Translations under genes and position numbers: made by a program
Part shown: positions 29,107-37,635 of the stretch, piece by piece
How the letters are laid out: the number at the start of each line of letters is the position of its first letter
Numbering within the stretch: the stretch's first letter is position 1
Origin: Candidatus Calescibacterium sp.
GTDB lineage: Bacteria > DRYD01
Reading direction: 5' to 3'
DNA length: 64,000 nt
Assembly: GCA_025059235.1 (NCBI GenBank)
Contig: JANXCV010000004.1
Span: 77,438-141,437 of the forward strand
The notes under the pieces: model-generated
What the model was told of the DNA's origin: nothing
The model's database searches: none
Seen by the model: only the letters and a program-made list of their open reading frames with translations

Positions 29107-29946
29107 TTAGTGAGACTCTTCATGTGGTAAATACAAAGATATGTATATGGCACTCAGAACTTCGAATATAAGGGCTTGTATTATTGATGCAGCTAAGCCA
29201 AGGAACATAACAAAAAAAGTCAGTAAATATAAGAAAATCTTTATAAAAACTGCAGAGCTTTCTACTATTTGTCCTACAAATTTCTCAACCATAAGATGCT
29301 CTGAGAATATATTTGCAAACAATCGCAAAGATAAAGATAAAGTCCTGGCAAAGATGTCTACTATGTTCAAAAGGAAAAATAATGGTAAAAGGATTATGCC
29401 GATCAATATCGTGAATTTTTCCTTGCTTATTTTAAACATATAGGGTATGGGAAAAATGAAGTGTTCTAACCAGTTTTTTAAGCCAGTTTCTCTTACTGCT
29501 ATTAAATTATAACTTACAACCGATACTACTGTTAGTGCTAGGGTAGTACTCAGATCAGAGGTTGGAGGAACAAGTAAACTTTGACCTTCGTACTTCAGAA
29601 TGGGAGGAATATAACCAAAAAGATTTGAGAAAAGTATGAAAATAAAGTATGAAACTAATAAAATCATATATCTATCCGCTATTCTTGCTCCCAATACACT
29701 ATGATTAATATTATTTATTGCTTCTATTATCATTTCAAAGATATTTTGTATGCTTATGGGTTTGGGAATTAAAACTTCAGACCTATATGGATAAGACTTC
29801 AATTCTTTCAGAGCTTTTAAAACTGAAATTCTATATAGTACTCCAAAAAATAGTATTATAGCCATTACAATCCATGTACTTACTATAGTATTCAAGTGTA
29901 TTTCTATACCATTTATGTTATACTTTATAAAGCTTCCGAGAAACAT
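29107..29946 (-). CDS. atpB: ATP synthase F0 subunit a
   Basis: PTSDLSTTLAL, RTLSLSLRLFANI and IQALIF..L..IYI motifs. Confidence 0.92.
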   Translation of the reverse strand: MFLGSFIKYNINGIEIHLNTIVSTWIVMAIILFFGVLYRISVLKALKELKSYPYRSEVLIPKPISIQNIFEMIIEAINNINHSVLGARIADRYMILLVSYFIFILFSNLFGYIPPILKYEGQSLLVPPTSDLSTTLALTVVSVVSYNLIAVRETGLKNWLEHFIFPIPYMFKISKEKFTILIGIILLPLFFLLNIVDIFARTLSLSLRLFANIFSEHLMVEKFVGQIVESSAVFIKIFLYLLTFFVMFLGLAASIIQALIFEVLSAIYISLYLPHEESH

Positions 29947-29952
29947 GGTGGT

Positions 29953-30333
29953 CTATTGGCATTTACAGTTACAGTTACCTTTTTTGTGGTTGTGATTTTG
30001 GTTTTCATCTATTGATGAACAACAACAACATCCAGAAGATGAGTAGAAATCTGCTTCTTTGCTATTCAAAACGAAAAATATTTCCCCTTCTTTTTCTACC
30101 ACATCTATGGATATGTCTTTGAGGAATGGGTAGGAAAAGTCATCGATTACTACCTTAAAATCTTCTGCGTCTATTAAAATATCTGTACTTTCTATTTCTT
30201 TAGTTAGTTCTATTCCAAAGTCTAAGCCACAACATCCAGAAGGAATAGCGTAAATCCTTAGGTAGTAACCTCCTCCTTCTTCGATTATCATCTGCTTAAT
30301 TTTTTCTTTAGCTTTTTCAGTTAAACAAATCAT
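29953..30333 (-). CDS. HesB/IscA-family protein
   Basis: I.LTEKA..KIK, LRIYAIPSGCCGLDF and KVVID motifs; Cys/His-rich tail. Confidence 0.75.
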   Translation of the reverse strand: MICLTEKAKEKIKQMIIEEGGGYYLRIYAIPSGCCGLDFGIELTKEIESTDILIDAEDFKVVIDDFSYPFLKDISIDVVEKEGEIFFVLNSKEADFYSSSGCCCCSSIDENQNHNHKKGNCNCKCQ

Positions 30334-30496
30334 TGGTGTATATCCTCTCCTTTTGTTTTTCCTTTACACATAGATATAATTATATTTGATTCTCAATATT
30401 CCTTTTTTGTATTTCACCTTAAGAACTTTCTTGTAAATTTTAACATTATTTTAACAAAAATAAGTAGAGAATTATCCTTGCTTTTAAGATTATAGA

Positions 30497-31660
30497 ATGG
30501 GGGTAGAAATTATTATGAATATACAAAAAATCGATATTTCCAGAAGTAACTACAAAAGTAGTAACAGATTGAAATTCCTTAATTCTGAGGAAGTAATATC
30601 TACCGAAGTCGATATTATTCTAAAAGCCAAGGAAACTATACACATAGCCAAATATAGTTTCAACAGTATGTTATTGGCAAACCTTTTAGTTCAGAAGGCA
30701 AGAGAAGGAGTTAAGGTCAGAGTTGTTATAGATCCCTTTTCTCTTATAAGCGGCGGTAAAGAATGGGAAAAAAGGAAATATGTAGTAGAATATTTGAAGT
30801 CTAATGGTGTAGAAGTTCAAATTTTCCCAGTTGTCCCTGTGAGAAATTTTGTCTCTCCTATGGAAACAAACACCTATGTTTTACAAAGTGATAATGAAAG
30901 TAAACAAGAGGACTATGAGACTAAGAATAATTATCAACTTATGCACGCTAAATATGTTTCTGTAGATGGAAAGAGAGCTGTAATTTCTGGAGTGAATTGG
31001 TCAGATAATAGTTTTAAAAATACTGATGCAGGAATATTCGTTGAAGGAAAAGTTATAGATGATTTGGAAAAGTTCTTCTGGGTTTTATTTAAGAAATCAG
31101 GAGGTACAGATTTTGAATATATCCCAAGAGCTGAAGAAGTAGGAAATTCAAATGCTTCTCTTTTAGTTGCAGACAAAGATATTCCAAATACGAACTATGC
31201 TGAAGCAGTATATAATGCAGTAAAAAATGCTCAGAAAATGATACATGTTAGTGCTTTTGTTCTATCAGACCCCTATCTTATAAAATTACTGATTGAAGCT
31301 CATAATAGAGGAGTAGAAGTTAAAGTTATAATGGATCCAAACAATTCACCCTCATATACTAATCCCAATTACAATACAGAAAAAAAGCTAAAGGAAGCAG
31401 GTATTATCCCACGTTGGTATAAGGTACAAAGCTATAATACTAGCTTGGGTAACTTCTTACACACTAAAATGCTAATAGCAGATAATACTCTAATAATAGG
31501 TAGTGGAAACTTTTCGTATCGTGGTCTTAGAATTAATCACGAAGTTGGAATACAAACTGACGATCCAAATACAGTTTCGGAAGCTATTAAGTACTTCCTA
31601 AAAATATGGAAAGAAAATACTACCATTGTACCTATGAATTACGATGTTAACTATTCTTAA
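30497..31660 (+). CDS. Phospholipase D-superfamily protein (two HKD motifs)
   Basis: HAKYVSVD...SGVNWS and HTKMLIAD...GSGNFS; true start may be ATG 30515. Confidence 0.88.
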   Translation: MGVEIIMNIQKIDISRSNYKSSNRLKFLNSEEVISTEVDIILKAKETIHIAKYSFNSMLLANLLVQKAREGVKVRVVIDPFSLISGGKEWEKRKYVVEYLKSNGVEVQIFPVVPVRNFVSPMETNTYVLQSDNESKQEDYETKNNYQLMHAKYVSVDGKRAVISGVNWSDNSFKNTDAGIFVEGKVIDDLEKFFWVLFKKSGGTDFEYIPRAEEVGNSNASLLVADKDIPNTNYAEAVYNAVKNAQKMIHVSAFVLSDPYLIKLLIEAHNRGVEVKVIMDPNNSPSYTNPNYNTEKKLKEAGIIPRWYKVQSYNTSLGNFLHTKMLIADNTLIIGSGNFSYRGLRINHEVGIQTDDPNTVSEAIKYFLKIWKENTTIVPMNYDVNYS

Positions 31661-31709
31661 AATAAAATTAAGAAGGAAGAAGGGGAAAAGTGTAGAAGTT
31701 TTAAAAAAA

Positions 31710-31784
31710 GGGGACGTAGTTCAGCCCGGTCAGAACGTTGGCCTGTCACGCCAAAGGTCGCGGGTTCAAATCCCGTCGTCCCCG
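31710..31784 (+). tRNA. tRNA-Asp(GTC), CCA not encoded
   Basis: Acceptor GGGGACG/CGTCCCC, anticodon arm TTGGC-CTGTCAC-GCCAA, T-loop GGTTCAAATCC, discriminator G followed by CTC. Confidence 0.97.
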
Positions 31785-31798
31785 CTCACATATACCTA

Positions 31799-32095
31799 AT
31801 GAAAGATAATAGAAAAAAAGATCATAAAAATAAGCAAGATAACCAAGATAAACAAACAAAAGAACCAAAAAAAGACGTAAAAATAGTCAAGGATTTCCTG
31901 GAAACTGAAGGAGAAGTAGTAGAAGCTCTGCCTAACGGAGTATTCAAAGTAAAGCTCGATAATGGTAATACTGTAATAGCACACCTATCCGGAAAAATGA
32001 GAATAAATTTCATAAAAGTCTCTGTCGGTGATAGAGTAGTAGTACAACTATCCTTATATGATTTAACAAAAGGAAGAATTGTATACAGAAAATAG
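31799..32095 (+). CDS. infA: Translation initiation factor IF-1 with charged N-terminal extension
   Basis: [29 protein letters not shown]....[20 protein letters not shown]. Confidence 0.95.
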   Translation: MKDNRKKDHKNKQDNQDKQTKEPKKDVKIVKDFLETEGEVVEALPNGVFKVKLDNGNTVIAHLSGKMRINFIKVSVGDRVVVQLSLYDLTKGRIVYRK

Positions 32096-32128
32096 TCTAT
32101 AAGAATATATCTCATCATCACCAAATCA

Positions 32129-32812
32129 ATGAAAATCTATGAATTCCTAATAGGCTTTTTTGTGGGAATTCTTGTAATATCAAACGTAGTTACTATAAAA
32201 GTTTTTCAGATCAAACTCGGTGATTTGGAACTGGTATTCGATGGAGGTGCTCTGATATTTCCAATATCTTATGTACTTGCCGATATTTTTACAGAAGTCT
32301 ATGGATATAAAAAAGCGAGAAAAATAATATGGATAGGCTTTTTTGTATTAATCATTTTTAACGTAATACTTTATTTAACTATTATTTTACCTCCTGAACC
32401 TAATTGGAACTCTAGCATAGGCCAAGAAAATTTCGAAAAAGTGCTGGGAATCAGCCCAAGAATAGCATTAGCAGGAATAATCGGATATTTCTGGGGAGAG
32501 TTTACTAACTCCTTTATCTTAGCTAAGATGAAAATTAATACCAAGGGAAAGTATCTGTGGCAAAGGGTAATATTCTCTACTCTCTTAGGACAATTGGTTG
32601 ATACTATAATTTTTTGTACCATAGCTTTTGGGGGAATACTAGATACTAAAACCCTGATTAACTATATAGTAACAGGATATTTCTATAAAGTAACCATTGA
32701 GGTTCTCCTGAGTCCGCTTACTGTAAAAACCATAAATCAGATAAAAAAAATAGAAAATGTTGACCATTATGATTACAACACTAACTTCAATCCCTTCTGG
32801 ATAGGTGATTGA
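32129..32812 (+). CDS. Queuosine precursor transporter (YhhQ/VUT family)
   Basis: ISNVVTIK, D..TEVYGYKKAR, RIALAG..G, and R...STL.GQLVDT motifs. Confidence 0.88.
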   Translation: MKIYEFLIGFFVGILVISNVVTIKVFQIKLGDLELVFDGGALIFPISYVLADIFTEVYGYKKARKIIWIGFFVLIIFNVILYLTIILPPEPNWNSSIGQENFEKVLGISPRIALAGIIGYFWGEFTNSFILAKMKINTKGKYLWQRVIFSTLLGQLVDTIIFCTIAFGGILDTKTLINYIVTGYFYKVTIEVLLSPLTVKTINQIKKIENVDHYDYNTNFNPFWIGD

Positions 32813-33539
32813 AATGAGAAAAATTTATCATTCTAACAGAAACACGTTTATGATTATAAAAGACGAACCTAAAAATTTGGAATATCTAATAAGTAATATA
32901 GATGGAATCATTTTTATCGATAAAATCCTGAATAATACTGTGTTCTTTGATCTATTCAACAGGGATGGTAGTAGAGCAGAAGTTTCAGGAAATGGATTAG
33001 CTTGTTTGACCTACCTTTTATCCAAACTCTTAAAATACCAAGAATACATATTAATTAACTCATTCTTTCCCGACAAAGTTTTTTACTCCAAAGTCTTGGA
33101 AAATGAAATTATCGTTGGATTTGATTTGTCTTACGTAAGAGTTGAAGAAATAATTATTGCTTCTGACAAGATGTACAGATTGTCTATCCCAAATCCTCAT
33201 ATAGTTTTCCCCATGTTTCAATCAAAGGAAGATAGGGCTATTAAAAAGGCTGAGGAAATATACAATTATTTTAAAAAATCAATAAATGTTCATGCTTTTG
33301 ATGTATCGAGAATGTATATGTATACTTTTGAAAGGGGAGTCGGCTGGACAGAATCTTGTGGAAGCGGAGCAATTGCTTGTGCGTATATATACCAAAATCT
33401 CCTCTCAAACAACACTCAACATTTTGTACTAACCATAAGATCACAAGGAGGAGAAATAAAAATAACTATTGAAAATAATACCTATTGGATGAGTTCAAAT
33501 CCGCACGAAATACAAGAGGAATCCATCTCTATGCTATAG
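32805..33539 (+). CDS. dapF: Diaminopimelate epimerase-like protein (first catalytic Cys replaced by Ser)
   Basis: NRDGSRAEVSGNG, IPNPH and ERGVGWTESCGSGA, then SQGG. Confidence 0.75.
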   Translation: MIEMRKIYHSNRNTFMIIKDEPKNLEYLISNIDGIIFIDKILNNTVFFDLFNRDGSRAEVSGNGLACLTYLLSKLLKYQEYILINSFFPDKVFYSKVLENEIIVGFDLSYVRVEEIIIASDKMYRLSIPNPHIVFPMFQSKEDRAIKKAEEIYNYFKKSINVHAFDVSRMYMYTFERGVGWTESCGSGAIACAYIYQNLLSNNTQHFVLTIRSQGGEIKITIENNTYWMSSNPHEIQEESISML

Positions 33540-33565
33540 AAATACAAAAAGGACGGGGGTACAAG

Positions 33566-33781
33566 ATGAAAAAAGCAAAAAAAGTTAAACTTAAAACAAA
33601 AAGAAGTATCGTCAAAAGGTTTAAAATCACAGCTAAAGGAAAAATATTACACAAGCAAACTAATACCGGCTGTGGACACCTAAGAAGAAAAAAAAGTAAA
33701 GCAACTAAAAGAAGACAAAAATTGTACGTAGAAGTACCAAAATACGCATATAAAAACCTAAGAAATATTCTTCCTTTGTAG
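33566..33781 (+). CDS. rpmI: 50S ribosomal protein L35
   Basis: KLKTKRSIVKRFKITAKGKI...HLRRKKS; ATG at 33566. Confidence 0.9.
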   Translation: MKKAKKVKLKTKRSIVKRFKITAKGKILHKQTNTGCGHLRRKKSKATKRRQKLYVEVPKYAYKNLRNILPL

Positions 33782-33782
33782 A

Positions 33783-33824
33783 ATACCGCTTGTTGGGCAA
33801 AGCGGTATATAAATAGCCCAACAA
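33783..33824 (+). ncRNA. Candidate H-type pseudoknot RNA element, copy 1
   Basis: Stem 1 ATACCGCT (33783-90) with AGCGGTAT (33801-08); stem 2 TGTTGGGC (33791-98) with GCCCAACA (33816-23); linker TATAAATA. Confidence 0.6.
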
Positions 33825-33836
33825 AAAAAGGTAAGT

Positions 33837-34178
33837 ATGCAAAACGTAGATAAATCTTCCTACAGAGTTGTCTATATAACGTGCCCGAATATCAATGATG
33901 CAGAAAATATTGCCCGTATACTAGTTAACAATAGGATAGCAGCGTGTGTAAATATCCTTCCAAACGTCAGGTCAGTATACACATGGCGAGATAAAGTAGA
34001 AGAAGCAGAAGAGGTAATCCTGATAATAAAAACCGTCGAGGATAACCTAGAACTCTTAGAAGAAACCGTAAAAAAATATCATCCCTATACTGTACCTGAA
34101 ATCATATCCTGGCCCATCAAATCAGGAAATATAGAGTACTTAAAGTGGATGAATGAAGTCACAAATGTATCTGTATAA
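33837..34178 (+). CDS. cutA: Divalent-cation tolerance protein CutA
   Basis: LAACVN-like IAACVNI, SVYTW..KVEE..E and HPYTVPEI motifs. Confidence 0.93.
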   Translation: MQNVDKSSYRVVYITCPNINDAENIARILVNNRIAACVNILPNVRSVYTWRDKVEEAEEVILIIKTVEDNLELLEETVKKYHPYTVPEIISWPIKSGNIEYLKWMNEVTNVSV

Positions 34179-34719
34179 AATATTCATACTGATCCTATTC
34201 TCGCTGGTTTATGCAAACATAGAAGATGAATATAACTCGGTTTATAAAAAACTACAATACGAAAAAGGTAAATATGGAAACTCAAACAAATATGTCGATC
34301 TAACCTACGAACACCAAGGTATAAGCAACAGCATAAGACTATATATCGACAATAGCAACAACGAACAAGAATTGATTTTATGGAATCTGGATGAAAACTG
34401 GCAAAATAACAGAATTCAAGTAAGTAAAAAGGTTCAGGAATTCTGGGGATACATCAATAACTACGGAATATTCCTAATCTATAAAAGATCTGATGACATA
34501 TTTTGGAAAATATATAGGACCAATAATGGTCAAGAAATAGTGGGTGGTTTCCTTACAACCGAAGACACCATCAAAATGAAATTAAAAGATACATATTTCG
34601 CATCCTATAAGAAAGGAGTTTTCTGCTCGTTGATCTTCTACGATAACCTAGGAAAACAGAAATATACCATATACTATCTCGATATCTGGGGAAGACATGA
34701 TTTAATAACTCAAAAATGA
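34153..34719 (+). CDS. Hypothetical exported protein
   Basis: Signal-peptide-like IFILILFSLVYA; start may be ATG 34165. Confidence 0.55.
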   Translation: MKSQMYLYKIFILILFSLVYANIEDEYNSVYKKLQYEKGKYGNSNKYVDLTYEHQGISNSIRLYIDNSNNEQELILWNLDENWQNNRIQVSKKVQEFWGYINNYGIFLIYKRSDDIFWKIYRTNNGQEIVGGFLTTEDTIKMKLKDTYFASYKKGVFCSLIFYDNLGKQKYTIYYLDIWGRHDLITQK

Positions 34720-34955
34720 AACTAGATTATATAAAAAATCACACATTCTTTCATGAGCAGAAAGAAGAATACACAGAGAAGATCATAGAGATTTCTTCAC
34801 CAGAAGCATTCTCAAAAGATCATAGAATAACAAATGAGGGCTTTGGGGACGATAAGTTTTTCACCATCGTATCTGGACCAGTTGAAGCCAAATCTATGGA
34901 TATACCTTTGCAAGTTCTAAGAATGATTTGGTCATCGCTAATACCAAATAGATGA
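34716..34955 (+). CDS. Small hypothetical protein or gene remnant
   Basis: 79 aa ORF overlapping the upstream stop (ATGA). Confidence 0.4.
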   Translation: MKLDYIKNHTFFHEQKEEYTEKIIEISSPEAFSKDHRITNEGFGDDKFFTIVSGPVEAKSMDIPLQVLRMIWSSLIPNR

Positions 34956-34978
34956 AAATTATTTCTATTACATAGGGA

Positions 34979-35344
34979 GTGGTACTACTGAATATTATAG
35001 TACTAGCAATAGGTTTTGTAGCAGGTATATTGAGTGGAATGTTGGGGATTGGAGGTGCTACTATTGTTATACCGGGCTTAGTATACCTAGTAGGACTTGA
35101 TCAAAAGACTGCTCAGGGAACCTCATTGGCACTACTTATGCTACCCGTCGTCATAACAGCCTTTATTAATTACTATAAAAATGGATTCTTCCACAAAGAA
35201 TACGCTATAACGTTAATATTAGTCTTCCCCATTGGAGCATATATTGGATCTTTACTTGCCGTCTCAATCGATTCAATAATCCTCAGAAGAATATTTGGTA
35301 TCTTTCTCATTCTTGTAGCTATTAAAATGATAATCAGTAAATAG
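34979..35344 (+). CDS. Sulfite exporter TauE/SafE-family protein (half size)
   Basis: AGILSGMLGIGGATIVIPGL, QKTAQGTSLA and GAYIGS motifs. Confidence 0.85.
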   Translation: MVLLNIIVLAIGFVAGILSGMLGIGGATIVIPGLVYLVGLDQKTAQGTSLALLMLPVVITAFINYYKNGFFHKEYAITLILVFPIGAYIGSLLAVSIDSIILRRIFGIFLILVAIKMIISK

Positions 35345-35357
35345 GTAGGTGTAAAGT

Positions 35358-36290
35358 GTGAGTATTATTAACAGAATAAGAGAAGGATTAAAAAAAACAA
35401 GAGAAATACTATTTACCGACATTAGAGATCTTATCAAAAGAAAGAATGTAGAAAATATATCTCCTGACTTTTGGGACCAACTAGAAGAAAAACTCATAAT
35501 CGCTGATGTGGGGGTTAATATTACTAAGCACATAGTTAATATCCTGAAAAATGCTACAAAGAAAAAAGACCAATCTTCAATCTGGCAGGAAATCGAAAAG
35601 GAATTGGTCTCTTTACTAGAAATACCGTATATATATGATCAAAAATACTTTCCTTTAAGGAATCCTCTGGAAGGATATCCTTTAGTTATTATGGTTGTTG
35701 GTGTGAACGGCACCGGTAAAACTTCATTCATAGCTAAGCTTGCTAATTACTATAAGACTATGGGATTAAGTGTAATTTTGGGAGCTGGGGATACATATAG
35801 ATCAGCAGCTATAGAACAACTATCACACTGGGCAGAAAAACTTTCGATACCTATAGTTAAGCAAAATATAGGAGCAGATAGTGCAGCTGTAGCCTATGAT
35901 ACAGTTAATAGCGCTATATCCAAAAATATTGACATAGCCATAATAGATACTGCAGGTAGGATGCATAACAAAAATAACCTCATACAAGAACTACAAAAAA
36001 TCCAAAGAGTAATTAAGAAACATCATGTTGAAATGCCACAGGAAAAAATACTAATACTAGATGCTACTTATGGACAAAATAGTATTCAACAAACTAAGGT
36101 TTTTGCTGAAGCTATAAACATAACCTCTGTCTGTGTTACAAAGATGGATACTTCATTTAAAGCTGGTTTTGTTTTCTCTATAACCTCAACCCTCGGTGTA
36201 CCCATAAAATTTATAACATTTGGAGAAAAATTAGAAGATATTCAACCTTTTAACCCAAGAGATTTCGTCAGAAATTTATTAGAGGACTAG
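35358..36290 (+). CDS. ftsY: Signal recognition particle receptor FtsY
   Basis: GVNGTGKT, DTYRSAA, DTAGR, TKMD and GEKLED motifs. Confidence 0.95.
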   Translation: MSIINRIREGLKKTREILFTDIRDLIKRKNVENISPDFWDQLEEKLIIADVGVNITKHIVNILKNATKKKDQSSIWQEIEKELVSLLEIPYIYDQKYFPLRNPLEGYPLVIMVVGVNGTGKTSFIAKLANYYKTMGLSVILGAGDTYRSAAIEQLSHWAEKLSIPIVKQNIGADSAAVAYDTVNSAISKNIDIAIIDTAGRMHNKNNLIQELQKIQRVIKKHHVEMPQEKILILDATYGQNSIQQTKVFAEAINITSVCVTKMDTSFKAGFVFSITSTLGVPIKFITFGEKLEDIQPFNPRDFVRNLLED

Positions 36291-36293
36291 AGA

Positions 36294-37571
36294 ATGAATA
36301 GAAAAAAAACTATCCAAGAGTTCATATACCTTCAGGAAAGAGATACACATGTTTTAGCTTACCCCTTTAAAGTAATATACAAAAAAGTTAATAATCCTAT
36401 AAGCTTTATTGCTTTTTTTACCAAAGTAGGATCAATTTATGAGAAGGATGATATAAAAGGGATATCTCATCTTATAGAACACTGTGTTTTTAGGGGATCT
36501 AAGAATTACCCCAGTGGTATATCCAAACTAATAAATAATCTTGGTGGATATACAAACGCTTATACATCATACGACCAAACTGTGTATTATATAAATTTAC
36601 CCACGTCTTCACTTTTCCAAGCAATCGATATACTATGGGATATGGTTTTTAATCCTATTTTTGACGATGAAACTATAGAATCAGAAAAGAATATTATTTA
36701 TCATGAGATAGAGATGAGAGATGATGAACCCATGGTAGTCCTATTCGAAGAAACCCTAAAGAAAATGTATACTAAGAATCCGATAAGGGATCCGATTATA
36801 GGCTACAAAGAAACTCTTGAAAATATAACCCAGAAACACATATGGGATTTTTATTCTTACTATAAAAATCCAAACAACTCATTTTTTGTTATTGTTACAG
36901 ACGAAGATTTAAATCGGGTAAGAGAAAAACTCGACAAGGTATTTCAAAATTTTGACTACAATCATAAAGAATTTGATCTAAAATATGACGGGAACGACTA
37001 TGTTAATCAAGGAAGGTTAGATCTAAAAGGAAACGTAAACAAAACCTATCTGATGATTTCTTACAAAGCCCCGACACTAACTGAAAAATATAAAGATATA
37101 GAAAAGTCCTATTATCTTTCGATGGCAAGCTATATCTTAGCAGGATCTTCCTATAGTATCTTAAATCGCATTCTTAAAAATGATCTGAAAATCGTCGATA
37201 CTGTCTCTTTTGATATCTATTCAACTAATCAACTACCAGGAATAATATATTTTGCAGCAGTTTTAGATTCTAAAAATATCCAAAAAGTAATAGAAAATTA
37301 CTCTAAGATAATAAAAAACTTTAGATCCTATGTTGAAATCTCCTATTTTGATGTTGTAAAAGAAAATTTTTATAGTTCGACGTTTTGGAATTTTGAGACT
37401 TCTTCAAACCAAGGGATGCTAATAGGCTCAAATGAACTTTTTAAAAGCTATAGAGAAGCTTATACCTATTTGAGTAAAATAGAGAAAATACAATTAAAAG
37501 ATATGTACGATGTTTTTTACGAATATGTTGACCCGGATAACTTTTTCTTATCAATATATGAAAAAACTTGA
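36294..37571 (+). CDS. M16-family zinc metallopeptidase (active subunit)
   Basis: GISHLIEH (HxxEH), NAYTSYDQTVY, and EK.II..E motifs. Confidence 0.9.
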   Translation: MNRKKTIQEFIYLQERDTHVLAYPFKVIYKKVNNPISFIAFFTKVGSIYEKDDIKGISHLIEHCVFRGSKNYPSGISKLINNLGGYTNAYTSYDQTVYYINLPTSSLFQAIDILWDMVFNPIFDDETIESEKNIIYHEIEMRDDEPMVVLFEETLKKMYTKNPIRDPIIGYKETLENITQKHIWDFYSYYKNPNNSFFVIVTDEDLNRVREKLDKVFQNFDYNHKEFDLKYDGNDYVNQGRLDLKGNVNKTYLMISYKAPTLTEKYKDIEKSYYLSMASYILAGSSYSILNRILKNDLKIVDTVSFDIYSTNQLPGIIYFAAVLDSKNIQKVIENYSKIIKNFRSYVEISYFDVVKENFYSSTFWNFETSSNQGMLIGSNELFKSYREAYTYLSKIEKIQLKDMYDVFYEYVDPDNFFLSIYEKT

Positions 37572-37573
37572 TT

Positions 37574-37611
37574 TACCGCTTGCCTAGGTGGCGGAATATA
37601 AATAACCTAGG
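37574..37611 (+). ncRNA. Candidate H-type pseudoknot RNA element, copy 2
   Basis: Stem 1 CCGCT (37576-80) with GGCGG (37590-94); stem 2 CCTAGGT (37583-89) with ACCTAGG (37605-11); linker TATAAATA. Confidence 0.6.
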
Positions 37612-37635
37612 AATTAAAAAATAAGGAGAGAGAAT

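Noticed and set aside
32096-32128. preQ1 riboswitch upstream of the queuosine transporter
   Set aside because: The 33 nt gap has no stem or preQ1 consensus. The pseudoknot motif lies well downstream of this gene.
33782-33853. Stop-codon readthrough fusion driven by the pseudoknots
   Set aside because: Readthrough of the rpmI TAG gives 23 codons out of frame with cutA. Readthrough at 37571 meets TAA after 9 codons. No fusion protein results, though short extensions are not excluded.
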